48,556 nucleotides of DNA from Narcine bancroftii (taxonomy: Eukaryota), in assembly GCF_036971445.1 (NCBI RefSeq), contig NC_091470.1:65720001-65768556 (forward strand), written 5' to 3'. Below, in pieces: positions 12,890 to 23,844 of the stretch (positions are counted from its first letter, which is position 1; the number at the start of each line of letters is the position of its first letter). The notes beneath the pieces were generated by a model. That model was not told the origin of the DNA and made no database searches. It worked only from the letters and a program-made list of their open reading frames with translations. A program made the position numbers and the translations under genes.

Positions 12890-13640
12890 ACTGCCGCTAT
12901 TGGTCCCGTTGCCCTGCTCTCTCCTGGCGGACCACTGTCGGTCCCCACATTGGTCCCACTGCCCCACTCTCTACCGGCATCTGGCTAGTCCTCATGCTGG
13001 TCCCACTGCCCTGCTCTCTCTCCGGGGGGGGGGAGGGGGAGCAAGGCAGTGGAATCAATATGGGGACTGGTAGTGGGCTGTAGTGGGGAGGGGGAGTGGT
13101 GGGAGGAAGTGGGGTGGTGGGGTTAGTGTGGGGACTGACAGCTCGCCACCAACCCCCACACTGATCCCACCACCCACCAACAGCCTGCCATCTGCCCCCA
13201 ACAATAGATGATGGGGATGATCACTGTCGATGTTAATCACCATTATCACCCTAATTTCTGTTTTTCACTCATATGTAGTACACAAAAATATTAGATGCAT
13301 TTGCTCTTGCACTTGGAACAATACATAAATTGTGTTAACTAATTAAACAACTAAAAACATCAGAAACAGTAAATGGCCGTAGAAGACTAGAAAAACCTCT
13401 TAATCAGGTGACGTCAGCGTTTGCTTGCATCACCGGGCAGTCAGCATCTAAACATCCAGCAGTACTTCTGGTGACTGCATGACATGTCATTGCAGGGTGG
13501 GGTTCCCCCTTAAATCACAAGGTTGACGATTTAATGGGTCAATCCCCTTGCAATTAGAAAGGTGCTTCCAGCACCTTTGCCCCAGTAATCGCACCTGGGT
13601 ACCAGGTGGGCTACCCAACTACTGCAATTTGAAAGGGGCT
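12890..13640. mobile_element. GC-rich non-autonomous element remnant (possibly Harbinger-like MITE)
   Basis: Abrupt GC-rich segment with internal ggtcccactgccc repeats and G-runs. Right end gcaatttgaaaggggc|taa resembles a TIR plus TAA; no left TIR found. Confidence 0.35.
13256..13396. repeat. 141-bp direct repeat, copy 2
   Basis: Matches 11463-11603; AT-rich block embedded in a GC-rich repeat. Confidence 0.95.
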
Positions 13641-13840
13641 AATGTGTCAGCATCATTATGCGATTAAAAATGTTAAATTCAATAAAAGTTAATTTAGTAT
13701 TTCTCCAGCTTCCTACAGGATAGAGCAAATCTGAAATTATCTTTGTGTTCTGCTTGAAGTTGTCTATCACAATCCCCTTTTTTTTTCAGGAAACAAACCT
13801 TTTGAAAAAAAATGTTGTCCAGTGTAATTTAATCATTCTC

Positions 13841-14386
13841 GCCTTTCCCTCCTTCTTCCAATTCTCTATGTTCTTCTTCTTCTTCCTCTGGGTTGGTCAT
13901 CTGTTGTTTCCTTGTTTTCTTTTTACTCTCTTCTTTCTTGTTCTCGTTATTTTCTATGTTCTCTTCCTGTTGTTGTGTTGCAGCTGTCATTCTCAGCTGT
14001 GGAGATCGATTCCTCAGCTGGTCCCCCCTCCCATCAGTGTTTTTTTTTCATGCGCATGCGCGGTTGCGCACTTTTACTTGGCTCCGCGAGCCATTTTTGT
14101 AGTCCCGAGCTCGGGACTTCAACTGACCTTAGGGAGCGGGCTTCTCTCTCCGCGGCGGGCCTCCTCGGACAGTTAAGGCCTTCACCTTCTTCCGACGTTC
14201 TTTCTTCTTCTTTTCTTCCCGTTGCTTTTGACTTTCCTTTCTCCGCTGCCATTTTCTTCCCACCTTTACTTTCACTTTGTTTTAATTTTTATGTTTGTGC
14301 CTTTGTGTTTTATGTGGTTTTTTTAAAACTTTTCCGGAGAGGGCTGGAGTTCCCTGACTGGCCACTACTCCATCACGTGAGTCCCC
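13841..14386 (-). mobile_element. L1-like element, 5' end only (5'UTR plus start of ORF1), flanked by a 16-bp direct repeat
   Basis: Starts GGGGACTCACGTGATGG on minus, CpG-rich and A-rich sense strand, ATG at 14252 (MAAEKGKSK...). Flanks taatttaatcattctc (13825-13840) and taatttaataattctc (14387-14402). Confidence 0.65.
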
Positions 14387-14714
14387 TAATTTAATAATTC
14401 TCAATGCAAAATAAACCTCTCATTGCACAAATTCACAATAATAAATCCAAAGTATGAAAGTAATGTTAAGCAGAAGCTAAGTGAAGTGAAATTAAACAAT
14501 CCAAAAAAGTTCCTACAAGTATACAAAATAATGATAAACCTGTAAAATATCAATGTAAATAAATTAATAAACATCTATTTACAGAACTGCACTTTGGCCT
14601 CATTAACATGGGACAATAGACAGTGTTTTCCGTGTTAAGTCTGAGAGAGGATATTGTTGGAAGTGAATACTTAGAATATTTGGGGGAAAGAACAGGATAT
14701 TCATTCTCCCACAA

Positions 14715-14915
14715 ACTTTGGCACAAACATTTGCTCACCTAGCCAATCAATATGTGGCCTGCAAAAATCCCATCAAGATTTGCACAGGTACATGGATGGG
14801 AAAGGTATGGTGGGTTATGGACTGGGTTCAGGTCAGTGGGATGAGGCAAAAAAAATAGCTCGGCACAGACTAGAAGGCCTGAAGGGGCCTGTTTCTGTGC
14901 TGTAATGTTCAATGG
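14715..14915 (+). mobile_element. CR1/SINE 3' tail fragment
   Basis: gctcggcacagactagaaggcctgaaggggcctgtttctgtgctgtaatgttcaatggttc is a typical CR1-type 3' end. Confidence 0.6.
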
Positions 14916-15027
14916 TTCAGTTATTGAAATTTCAAATAAAAAGACAAAACAATTACCCAAATTATCAAAAAATATATTTCAAAGCAAGCCTACAATTAAT
15001 AGTGGTGAATAAATTTATGATCCCTAC

Positions 15028-16164
15028 CTTTATCCTTGTTCTCAACCTCTTGTACCATGATGCTGCTGCTTGAGCTTGTACTGGCATCAAACCCATTGAC
15101 TGACTCGGTCTCACATAATCCTTCCTGTAATTCTCCGGCAACACTGTCCACTTCAATTGTAATATCACTTTCACTTTTTATGCTGCGTACTTCATCCTGA
15201 TGAACAGCCGCTGGGGAAGCAATTGGCAAAACATGTTGCATTGAAGTAGAGACAACTGCTATAACTAATTCTGGAGAATTGGACCTCGAGTTTCCTGCAC
15301 CGATATCTTCACTACTGCTTTTTTCTTTCTCATCTAAGTCATCCAAATCTACCTCATGGCAAACTAAAGCTTCAGGTCCAATCGGAGGCATTGTATCTTC
15401 ATCAGTTTTCAATGAAATATCCTCTTCAATTTCTAAACTGGGTGCTTCCAATTCTTGCTTAATGCTCTTGCCTGCTTCAATCTCTGAAGGAGAAATATCA
15501 CCATTTTCAAGTTCTAACCTTTCAATCATTTTATATTCTTTACATTCACCAAGAAAAAGCTCCTTTTCCTCAGCATTTTCATCTTTCACAGTCGGCATTT
15601 TTTCTTCACTATCCTTTCGAAGTCTTTTATCAGGTGTTAACTGTTCTGGAGATTTTCTTTTTACTGGTTTCTTCTCTTCATCTTTAAGTTCATTTAACGA
15701 CCCAATATCCATAACTGGGATTTCTTCTTCAGGTGCACTAATAATTACTAGCTGGTTTTCCTCCAAAATTTCCAAATTTACTGTATTTTGTTCACTCTCA
15801 GTTACTGCTTCTGTGTGATTCGCAACGACAGGCATATTATTTTCTGAATAAATATCACGTGTTCTCCCGCTTCTTCTTCCCTTGCCTTTTGGCGATTTGT
15901 CAATCAACTCCTTGCGTACTTCTTCTGCTTGAGATATTACTTTCTCCTCATTGCTTGTAGGTTGTATATTTTCTACCTCGTGGTTCACGGGTAAGGTCTT
16001 CGCATCATCATCGCATGGTTGTTCTTCAGCTTCATGGGTACAACTATCTTTGAGTCTCTTTCCCTCTGACTTCTCCTCTTCAACTTTTGTGGAAACACCT
16101 TCTTCTTTCACACATTTGCTTGCTGAGGCTTCCAATTCACTTTCATCTGAGGAGTTGGTGGACT
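15028..16164 (-). CDS. ARID4A: ARID4A large coding exon containing the LxCxE motif
   Basis: Acceptor tttattgtag|AG, donor G|gtaggg, 1137 nt. Corresponds to the 379-aa ORF. Contains MPPIGPEALVCHEVDLDDLDEK and DEVRSIKSESDITIEVDSVA. Confidence 0.95.
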
Positions 16165-16902
16165 CTACAATAAAAACAATATTAATTTGTTAAACTGTGA
16201 ATAAAAAATAGAATATATAACGTTAAATACATCTTCACATCTGATATAGAGAAAATGTAAAGTCACGTGCTGAAATGTGTTTCATTTGGTTTGTGTACCA
16301 AAACATTATATACAAGCAAAAGAAAATCATGTGAAGTGGGCATCACACCTGGCCATGACCAAATCTGAACAATTGCCAGAAACAAATTTTCTATTTGACC
16401 CATTGGGAAGAAACACCCTCCACTGGTGGGATGTAAAGGACAAATTCTTGATCTTGACATTAATTAAAATCTTACAATACTGTTTACAGTGAAGCAGTGT
16501 TTACAGACCAATAACCACAAGAAAGTAAGAAATATGTTACTGGAGATGAGCATCTGCCACAAGAGATATACAATTTTCATTGTAATAGCATTTGTGAAAA
16601 TCATTAGGTGATAAATATAGTGCCCTACATGGTGCTACGCCATTAATACTGGCCAAGGGAAAGACTGTAGCCTTGTCTATGCATCATTCCTTTTCTCTCA
16701 TTAAATCAAAGGGGTTCATCTGTATCTATCTCATTATTTGCTTTGTCAAGTCTCATCAGTTAAATTTACAAATTTCATCTCAATTCTGGTTAAAGGTGAA
16801 ATATGCTGTCTTCTCATTAGTTTGTGAAAGACATAAACTTTCACTATTACACTAGCCACATCAATTATTGTACTGACTCCAGAAGCATGTCTCTACTTAG
16901 TA

Positions 16903-17320
16903 CAGCCATACCTCGACTTAACCCGGATTGAGTAACATCCCATCGCAGCTATGTCCTAGATCACCATAAGGGCATAATTTTAAAAAAATTTAAATTTACG
17001 CCAGGAACAACGTTGGCAGACGTTAACTCACGCATTCAACACGTGGGCTCAAAAGCCCAAAAAAATGATTGCGCTGCCAGCCGTATAATGGTACGCAGTA
17101 TTCATCTAATTTATAGCACAGTACATACAAGTAATTAAAATCTATAATACGTGTATGTATATGTACATGTATGTACAATATAGAGGTTTAGAAAAATATA
17201 TATGCATCATGGTATCTTATGTTGTACAGTATATTTCACCTATAATGATTGATTTACATCCAAAATGATTTGCATTCCCACTGCCAGAACGTAACCCGCG
17301 CGTGAGTCGAGGCATAGCTG
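16903..17320. mobile_element. Tigger/pogo-type MITE
   Basis: TIRs cagccatacctcgactta / tgagtcgaggcatagctg with flanking TA dinucleotides (16901-16902, 17321-17322). Confidence 0.75.
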
Positions 17321-17468
17321 TAGTGCAGGTGCCTAACCTTTTATCCGGGATCATCAGGACCGGACACCTGCCGTTGTTTGGAACCTTCCTAATTTTTGAA
17401 TCATTTTGATTTTGGTCCCTTTAAGCCTGCCAATCCAAGTTTCCACCACCCCCTCCTGAGACACGCTA

Positions 17469-17472
<4 letters not shown>

Positions 17473-17498
<26 letters not shown>
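17473..17498. repeat. (CT)n microsatellite within a GC-rich MITE-like remnant (about 17326-17650)
   Basis: Direct reading of the sequence. Confidence 0.9.
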
Positions 17499-17499
<1 letters not shown>

Positions 17500-17913
17500 C
17501 CCATCCTCACCTGTGTCATGCTGCTGTCTCTCTCCCCCCCGCACGAGTTCCACTGCCATCTCTCTCCCCTTGCCCGCCTGAGTCACGCTGCCGTCTCTAC
17601 CCCATTGTCCAACCGAGTCGCACTGCCGTCTCTCTCCCCCACCCAAATTGTACCACTGTCAGATCAGAAATCAATTAACTTTTGCTGGACAATAGTACAA
17701 AAGGAATGGAGCCACAGAAAGTGAATGGTGTTAAGATACAGATCATTCAATCTCACCAAATGGAGCAAAAGCTTAATTACCAGTGCTGTGATTGCATCAT
17801 AAATGAGGCAAGTTAAGAAAATGTGTACCAGCACCAACAACTGAAAATGAAATGGAAAATGAGTTGACTGCTGATAGAAAAAAATATTTTGAATAATAGA
17901 CAATGCTTTGTAC

Positions 17914-17976
17914 CATGTGACGCTTTGTCCGAATCATATATTCCAGAGCTACGTCTAGTGCGTCTTCGAGGAAGAC
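17914..17976 (-). CDS. ARID4A: Probable small in-frame (cassette) ARID4A exon
   Basis: Polypyrimidine acceptor gtctgctttctccag|GT, donor CATG|gtacaa, 63 nt, phase 1 to 1, open in the required frame. (G)LPRRRTRRSSGIYDSDKASH(E). Locally CpG-retaining. Confidence 0.72.
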
Positions 17977-18310
17977 CTGGAGAAAGCAGACATTGAGGGG
18001 TTAAAAATATTCAAAATGAAATCCTAATCAGAATGCAATCAATTCCAAAAAAGCAAATCTTTGCCACTTGAAAAACAAGATGCACAATAAATTTAATGAA
18101 ACATTTAAGGTTGAATATTATAAAATGACAGCAGTTAGCCAATACTTACAACAAACAAAGATTTACAACTATGGAGTTTTACCTATTTTCCCTTGACATA
18201 TGAATGAATGTACAAGGCAGAGAGTGAAGACAGAATTTAACTGCATCTTTTATTTACTCTGAGATACTTGGAATTGTCAGAGAGTAGGGGTGACATTGAA
18301 TGATTTATAC

Positions 18311-18515
18311 CTTCCACTCCATTAAGAAGAGGTGAAGATTCAGAAGCATTACTCCGCACACTTCTAGTTCCACTTTTCCCCTCATTGCATGGAGTCCTGG
18401 ATAAACTTCGCTGAGAATTGGTAGTTGGTGTGGATTTCAAACTTGGGCGGCCACGTTTTGATTTATTTTGTTTGTCGTCATCTTTTTTTTCATCCTTTTC
18501 ACGATCCTGTTTACT
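18311..18515 (-). CDS. ARID4A: ARID4A coding exon
   Basis: Acceptor tgtgcag|AGT, donor G|gtataa, 205 nt. SKQDREKDEK...KSKRGRPSLKS...SSPLLNGVE. Confidence 0.9.
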
Positions 18516-18559
18516 CTGCACATAAACAAAGTGAACAATTAGTATCTACCCAACTTAAA

Positions 18560-18960
18560 TTTAAGTGGCATCTTCTGCGTAGTAAGATATCTCAAGATGC
18601 TTCACAGAAGAGTTATCAAACCAAATCTGACAATCATAAATTTTAAAACCAGTGAGAGAAAATCTTGGTCATGGAAATAAATGGGAATCAGCATCTTAAA
18701 GGAAGACAGGAAGGGAATTCCACAGGTTAAGGCCTGGTCAGCTGAAGATAAGCTAACAAAGATGAAAAGCAGGAATAAAAATAAGGTGAAACTGATGTAC
18801 TGCAAGGACTTTGGAACTGAAAGATATTACAGACAAAAGGAGAATGAACTATGTAAATCGCTTTAAAACATCAAGGTCTTTAATGTCAAGATTTTGGTGT
18901 GGACAAAATCATTGCAAGTTACTACTCGGAATACTTTGGATATATTTACTGGTGTTACAG
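18560..18960 (-). mobile_element. Old L2-like LINE 3' fragment
   Basis: Resembles the recalled reverse-complement L2 end (gggaattccacaggttaaggcctggtcagctgaag); very diverged. Confidence 0.4.
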
Positions 18961-19791
18961 TAAAACATATGGAGAAGCTTTTTTTTTAAAATGTTTTTAA
19001 ACTTTGCCTAAACATCGATCTTGAGTTCTTAATTATTTCTAATTCCCACATCTTCAATATGCTGAGATCTTAAGTGACCTTGTGCTGAGATTTATGTTCA
19101 AAAGGAATTGGATTACATTGCTTAAAACACATTCCAAGTCACCTCTCGTGTAGACCTGAGGCAAAGGTGCAGAAGTTAATTGCACCTTTTGGATGTCAAT
19201 ATGATGAATTCTACTGCAGGACCTTCAAGAAACAACTCAGATGATTTACATCCAATAATTTCACGTTTTCATTTACTTTCAGATAGAGTCACAGAGCTGA
19301 ACGTTGACTGTTTCCCTCTCCACAAATGTGACCTGGCGACCTGAGATTTTCTTATATTTTCTGATTTTATTTCAGATTGCCAGCATCTGTAGTCTTCTTT
19401 CATTTAAATCCAATATGAATGGAAAATGTATGAATAACTAATGTGCCAATCATTCATACTAATCAATCCTCAATGTAAAGTTATGCTGGTTTGACCTTTA
19501 ATCATTGCAACAAGCAGCAAATACAAAACAATTTTGGAATTCTTTAGATTTGACATTCATTACTGATATTACGATAGAATTGTTAAACTACTACTTTCAA
19601 CCCTGAGAATAAGTTAGGCTGAATATCTATTTTGAAAAGTACTTGCTGAACTACTGTAATTCATAATCATATAACACCAGAGATAAATGGAATTTGTTTA
19701 TTTCAACTTCTAATCTGCCAGTATCAAAGAATAGGCCAAAGACATTGAATACCTACATTTTCAGCAAAAGAGAAAGAAAGCCAAGATACTA

Positions 19792-21517
19792 CCATATATT
19801 TTGGCAAATGTCAACCCCCATTCTCAAACCTCATTTTAAGGGTTTAATGGTATATCTGGTGTTCAAGTCGACCTCAATTTTCTGGATGCCTGAGTTGGCC
19901 CGTTGACCAGCGTACAAATCGACCCCCAAAGATTGCACGGATTGATCAGCTGGGCGTTTGCTGGAGGTGCTTGCTGTCGTGGAGGGCCCATTGACACAAC
20001 ACAACTCATGACAAAAGTATGAAGCTGGTTTTAAGTTGAAACTGATAGAAATGGCAACTGCTATTGCAAGAAAATTTGATGTGCATGAGAAGTTGGTAAG
20101 AGAATGGAGGAAGAAAGAAGAGATTTTAAGAAAATACCAAAAAGGCAATGTTCATTGAGAAAAGGAATCACTCATTTGCCAGAGTTGGAAAATCATGTCG
20201 CAGAAAGGGTACGTGAACAAGAGATAAAATATGAACATTTGCACTAGTCGCACCCAAACCTCAGTAAAGATTTGAGGCTACAGTAGGCTAGTGCAATCGT
20301 TTCATGAACAGGAAAAATCTGGTATTACAAAAAAACAAAAATTGCCCAGAAACTACCAAAAGATCTTGATCATAAAGTTCTAAGTTTTCACCAGTTTATC
20401 ATACATAACCGGCCGAAACACCAGTTTACTTTGGCAAATAATGGAAACTTGGTCAAAACCCCCATGAATTTTGACATGATAGGCAATAGAACAGTGGAAT
20501 GGAAAGTTGTTAAAACTGTGCAGGCCATAAAAGGACCAGGTTTACCATGGTGTTATCATGCATGGCCGACAGGTGGAAGTTAAGACCCACGGTAATCTTC
20601 AAAAGCAAAATTAAACCCAAAATAAAATTCCCTGCAGGTATTTTTGTACATTTTCATGAAAAAGTATGGATGGATGTAAAACTATGGATAGACAATGTGT
20701 GGAACAGGCAACCAGGCGGTTTATGCAAGGAAAGGAGTTTGATGGCCTGGGATAGGTTTCGTAGCAACTTAACTGAGAAGACAATTAGATTAGCACTATA
20801 TTATACTTACATGGCAGTTATCCAGGGTGGTTTGACACCTATATTGCAACCCCTCGATGTCTGAACAAACCATTCAAAGACCACATGCACCAGGAATGGA
20901 ATACATGGATGGCGAGTGCAGAAAAAGTCATTAACAAAATGAGGGCAATGCATGCTGCATCACTTGATTTGCTGTGTAACTTCGTGCTCAGGGATGGGAC
21001 AAAGTTAAAGTAGAGACCGTGATAAAAATCATTAAAAAATGCAGCATCTTTTGTGCAATTGATGGCACGATAGATGATTTATTGTGGGACATTGACAATG
21101 AAGCTGAAACCACCTCATTAGTTACAGTCTGGGACCCATATGATGACTGTTTAAACAGTGAGAGTATGGATGTGTTTGCTGCTATCTTTCCTTCAGATGA
21201 TGATAGGGAGAGTGATTTTGAAGGATGCTAATTGTGTTGTTTTCAGACAATGATAGCGATTTTGAAGGGTTCCAATTGTGCTGTTGTTTTTAATAAAAAA
21301 CATGAAAATCTGTCGCAGTCAGGTTTTTAATGGTTTTTCAAGGGACGACTTATATGCTGGATCTGTTTTTTTATGGGTCGACTTATACGCCAGATCAGCA
21401 TGGATTAGATTTTGAGCTGAATTTAAGATCTCAATAGTATATCTGGCGTATAAATCGACCCCATTTTTGAGTTTTTTTTTGGGTTTCACGACTTGACTTA
21501 TACACCAAAATATACAA
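19792..21517 (+). mobile_element. Full-length decayed pogo-family DNA transposon (Brinker-type DBD, CENP-B HTH, DDE_1)
   Basis: TIRs ccatatattttgg / ccaaaatatacaa with TA TSDs; subterminal gtcgac repeats. Broken transposase KYEAGFKLKLIEMA...ARKFDVHEKLVREWRK; VLSCMADRWKLRPTVIFK; VIQGGLTPILQPLDV; acidic tail. Confidence 0.85.
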
Positions 21518-21665
21518 TATTTCCAAACAGTGAAAGTGTTTTGTTGGGCAGTCATCAACACCTACTGAATGTGTATCAACTATTTTTCCCTTTTCTCAAT
21601 GCAATGTTTTCTTCATTATGATCTGTGAAACAAAACAAAATAAATCAGATTTATCAGAATAGTAC

Positions 21666-21750
21666 CTTCAATTTTCTTCTATGTTTCCCCTTTGGAGCAC
21701 CTCTTTCTGAAGGCCATATAATTCGATCACCCTTCACCCATTCATCATAT
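21666..21750 (-). CDS. ARID4A: ARID4A coding exon: C-part of chromo-barrel
   Basis: Acceptor tttttcag|A, donor AAG|gtacta, 85 nt. (R)[28 protein letters not shown]. Not in the ORF track. Confidence 0.93.
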
Positions 21751-22609
21751 CTGAAAAACAACCAACCATAATAGACATAACAATGATTCTCTACCAACAG
21801 GAACAAATACCCAACTGGCAGTGAAAGCAGACAAGAAGTTGCATCAGAAATTGAACAGAAGTGTTGAAATTAGACTCCATCTTCAGAAGTTAAATAGAAA
21901 TATGAGACACCAAATTCATCTTTTAAACTCAATAGTTTTACGTATTTTCTCTGGTATAAAGATCTTCTATCCGAGTAAATATTATATCCTTGTCAGTCAT
22001 TGAACATTTGGGAAATGAATTTCATGAGTTCAATTCTTTTTAAAATTCCTGCAGTATTTCTTAGCTCACCTGTCCAAAATATCTACCTCTCTTGATGCTG
22101 CGACAACAAAATATATAAACAAACAACGTGCAACAACACGGTTCATTGCATGTGATTTTAAATTCCTTAATATCAATGACAAATAAATTCATATTTGTTT
22201 GCGTAGGAACAAACAGACCAATTCAGTTACTTGAACATTCGAGAAAATGTAATAGAGATATGAACAGACTACAATAAACTTACACTGTAAATGATTGGAA
22301 ATGAAGATCAGCCAAAGATCTCAATTCAACCATGATAAAATGTTGTGTAAGCTCCCCAAACTTAATAAAATTAACAATTGAGGCAAGGTCTGGAAAAAAA
22401 CCTCCAGCATCTGCCTCCACCTTCACCATTCTCGTCCGCCACCCCAAACTTAATCCATCTGCCCTTTCTTTCCTTTTATTAGGTTCAACCTATCCCAGTT
22501 TCCCAACTCCACACCTTTCCCTCCTGGCTCCTTCTGTCTTCATCCTTGGTCCACCTGTCACCTATTGGTCCGTCTCATCCATCTCTTCTTTATACCAGCT
22601 GACATCTAA

Positions 22610-23050
22610 CTTCTAGTGGTAATGGACACAGCTGAGTACATCACAGGCAAAACTCTCCCCACCATTGAGGAAATTTACATGGAATGATGCCTTTTGAGAG
22701 CAGCAGCAATTGTCAAGGATCCAGACCACCAGAACATGCTCTGTTCTCACTGCTGCCACCAGGAAAGAGGTCTGTCACAAGAATCTGGATCAGGAGCAGA
22801 TGCTACCCCTCCTCCATCAGACTCCTAAATAACAGACTCAAAGATTCATTAAAAGACTTTGCACATTATTTATTACTGAATTTTTTTTCTGTATTGCACA
22901 TTTGTTTACATTTCACTCTTTTTCATATGTATTTTTTCTTGAATAGTTTATTGCATGACCATGCAATTTTGCCCGGCCCACAGGATAAAGAATCTTAGGG
23001 TTGCATGGGATGTCATGTATGTACTCTAACAATAAATTTGAAATTTGAAC
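22610..23050 (+). mobile_element. Rex1/Babar-like LINE 3' fragment
   Basis: HALFSLLPPGKR motif; 3'UTR gatgtcatgtatgtactctaacaataaatttgaaatttgaa shared with other copies. Confidence 0.75.
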
Positions 23051-23844
23051 TTCTCTTTCTACCATCAGTCCTGATGCAGTGTGACAACCAGAAGCAGTGA
23101 CAATCTTTCCCACCACCATACCCGCTCCCTCGGATGCTATTCAACCAATTCGTTTGCAAAAAATCTCTATTATGCTACTTTAGCTTTAAATATTACATGA
23201 GATATATGGGTATATAAATAGTCAAATCTTAGCTCAGTTACAGTATGCACTGAAGGATTTGAAAAGATTCAACTTTCAGTCCTATTCAATTTATTTCAGG
23301 CAATAGATTTCAAGCTTCAGAATATGCAGTTCCAATCAACACACTCCCAACTAACAAATACAATTTAATCTCAACACTATTACAATTAATCCTCCAATAT
23401 CTAAGGCATCAGTCCAATATATATTTGATGATGATTATATTTAACAGATAATAAAGTTCTAAGGAGGGAACACAAGCAAGATTGACAACATTGGGAAAAA
23501 AAAATCAGAAAACTGGCAGTTTATAGACTGCACTGCATTGTAGTACTAATGGTAATGTAAAATTTTTCTTCAGATCAAAGACCACCTCCAAACAATGAAT
23601 AATTACATCCACTCAACCTGAAAGCTAAAAATGCTTTCTCCAATAAGCTGCAAGTGGAATTTCCAAATTATAAATAATGATCATCTACCAAATTTACGAC
23701 TCTGCTTCAAAAATCTAATTTATGTCGATATGGGTGGCACAGTTAGTGTATACTACAACAGAGCCTGTGACACTCTCCCCACTTCTTGCATGGGTTTTCC
23801 ATGGGTGCTCAGTTTTCCTCACCCTCCAAAATCATAAGGGGTTC

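Noticed and set aside
13745-14394. Hydrophobic plus-strand ORFs resembling membrane proteins
   Set aside because: Antisense reading of the A-rich retroelement fragment.
15279-15818. 179-aa plus-strand ORF (also 15951-16193, 29061-29442, 30772-31107)
   Set aside because: Ser/Phe-rich antisense shadows of charged ARID4A exons.
21560-21622. Extra exon after acceptor-like gttttgtttcacag
   Set aside because: Only about 40 nt from the upstream donor and has an in-frame TGA.
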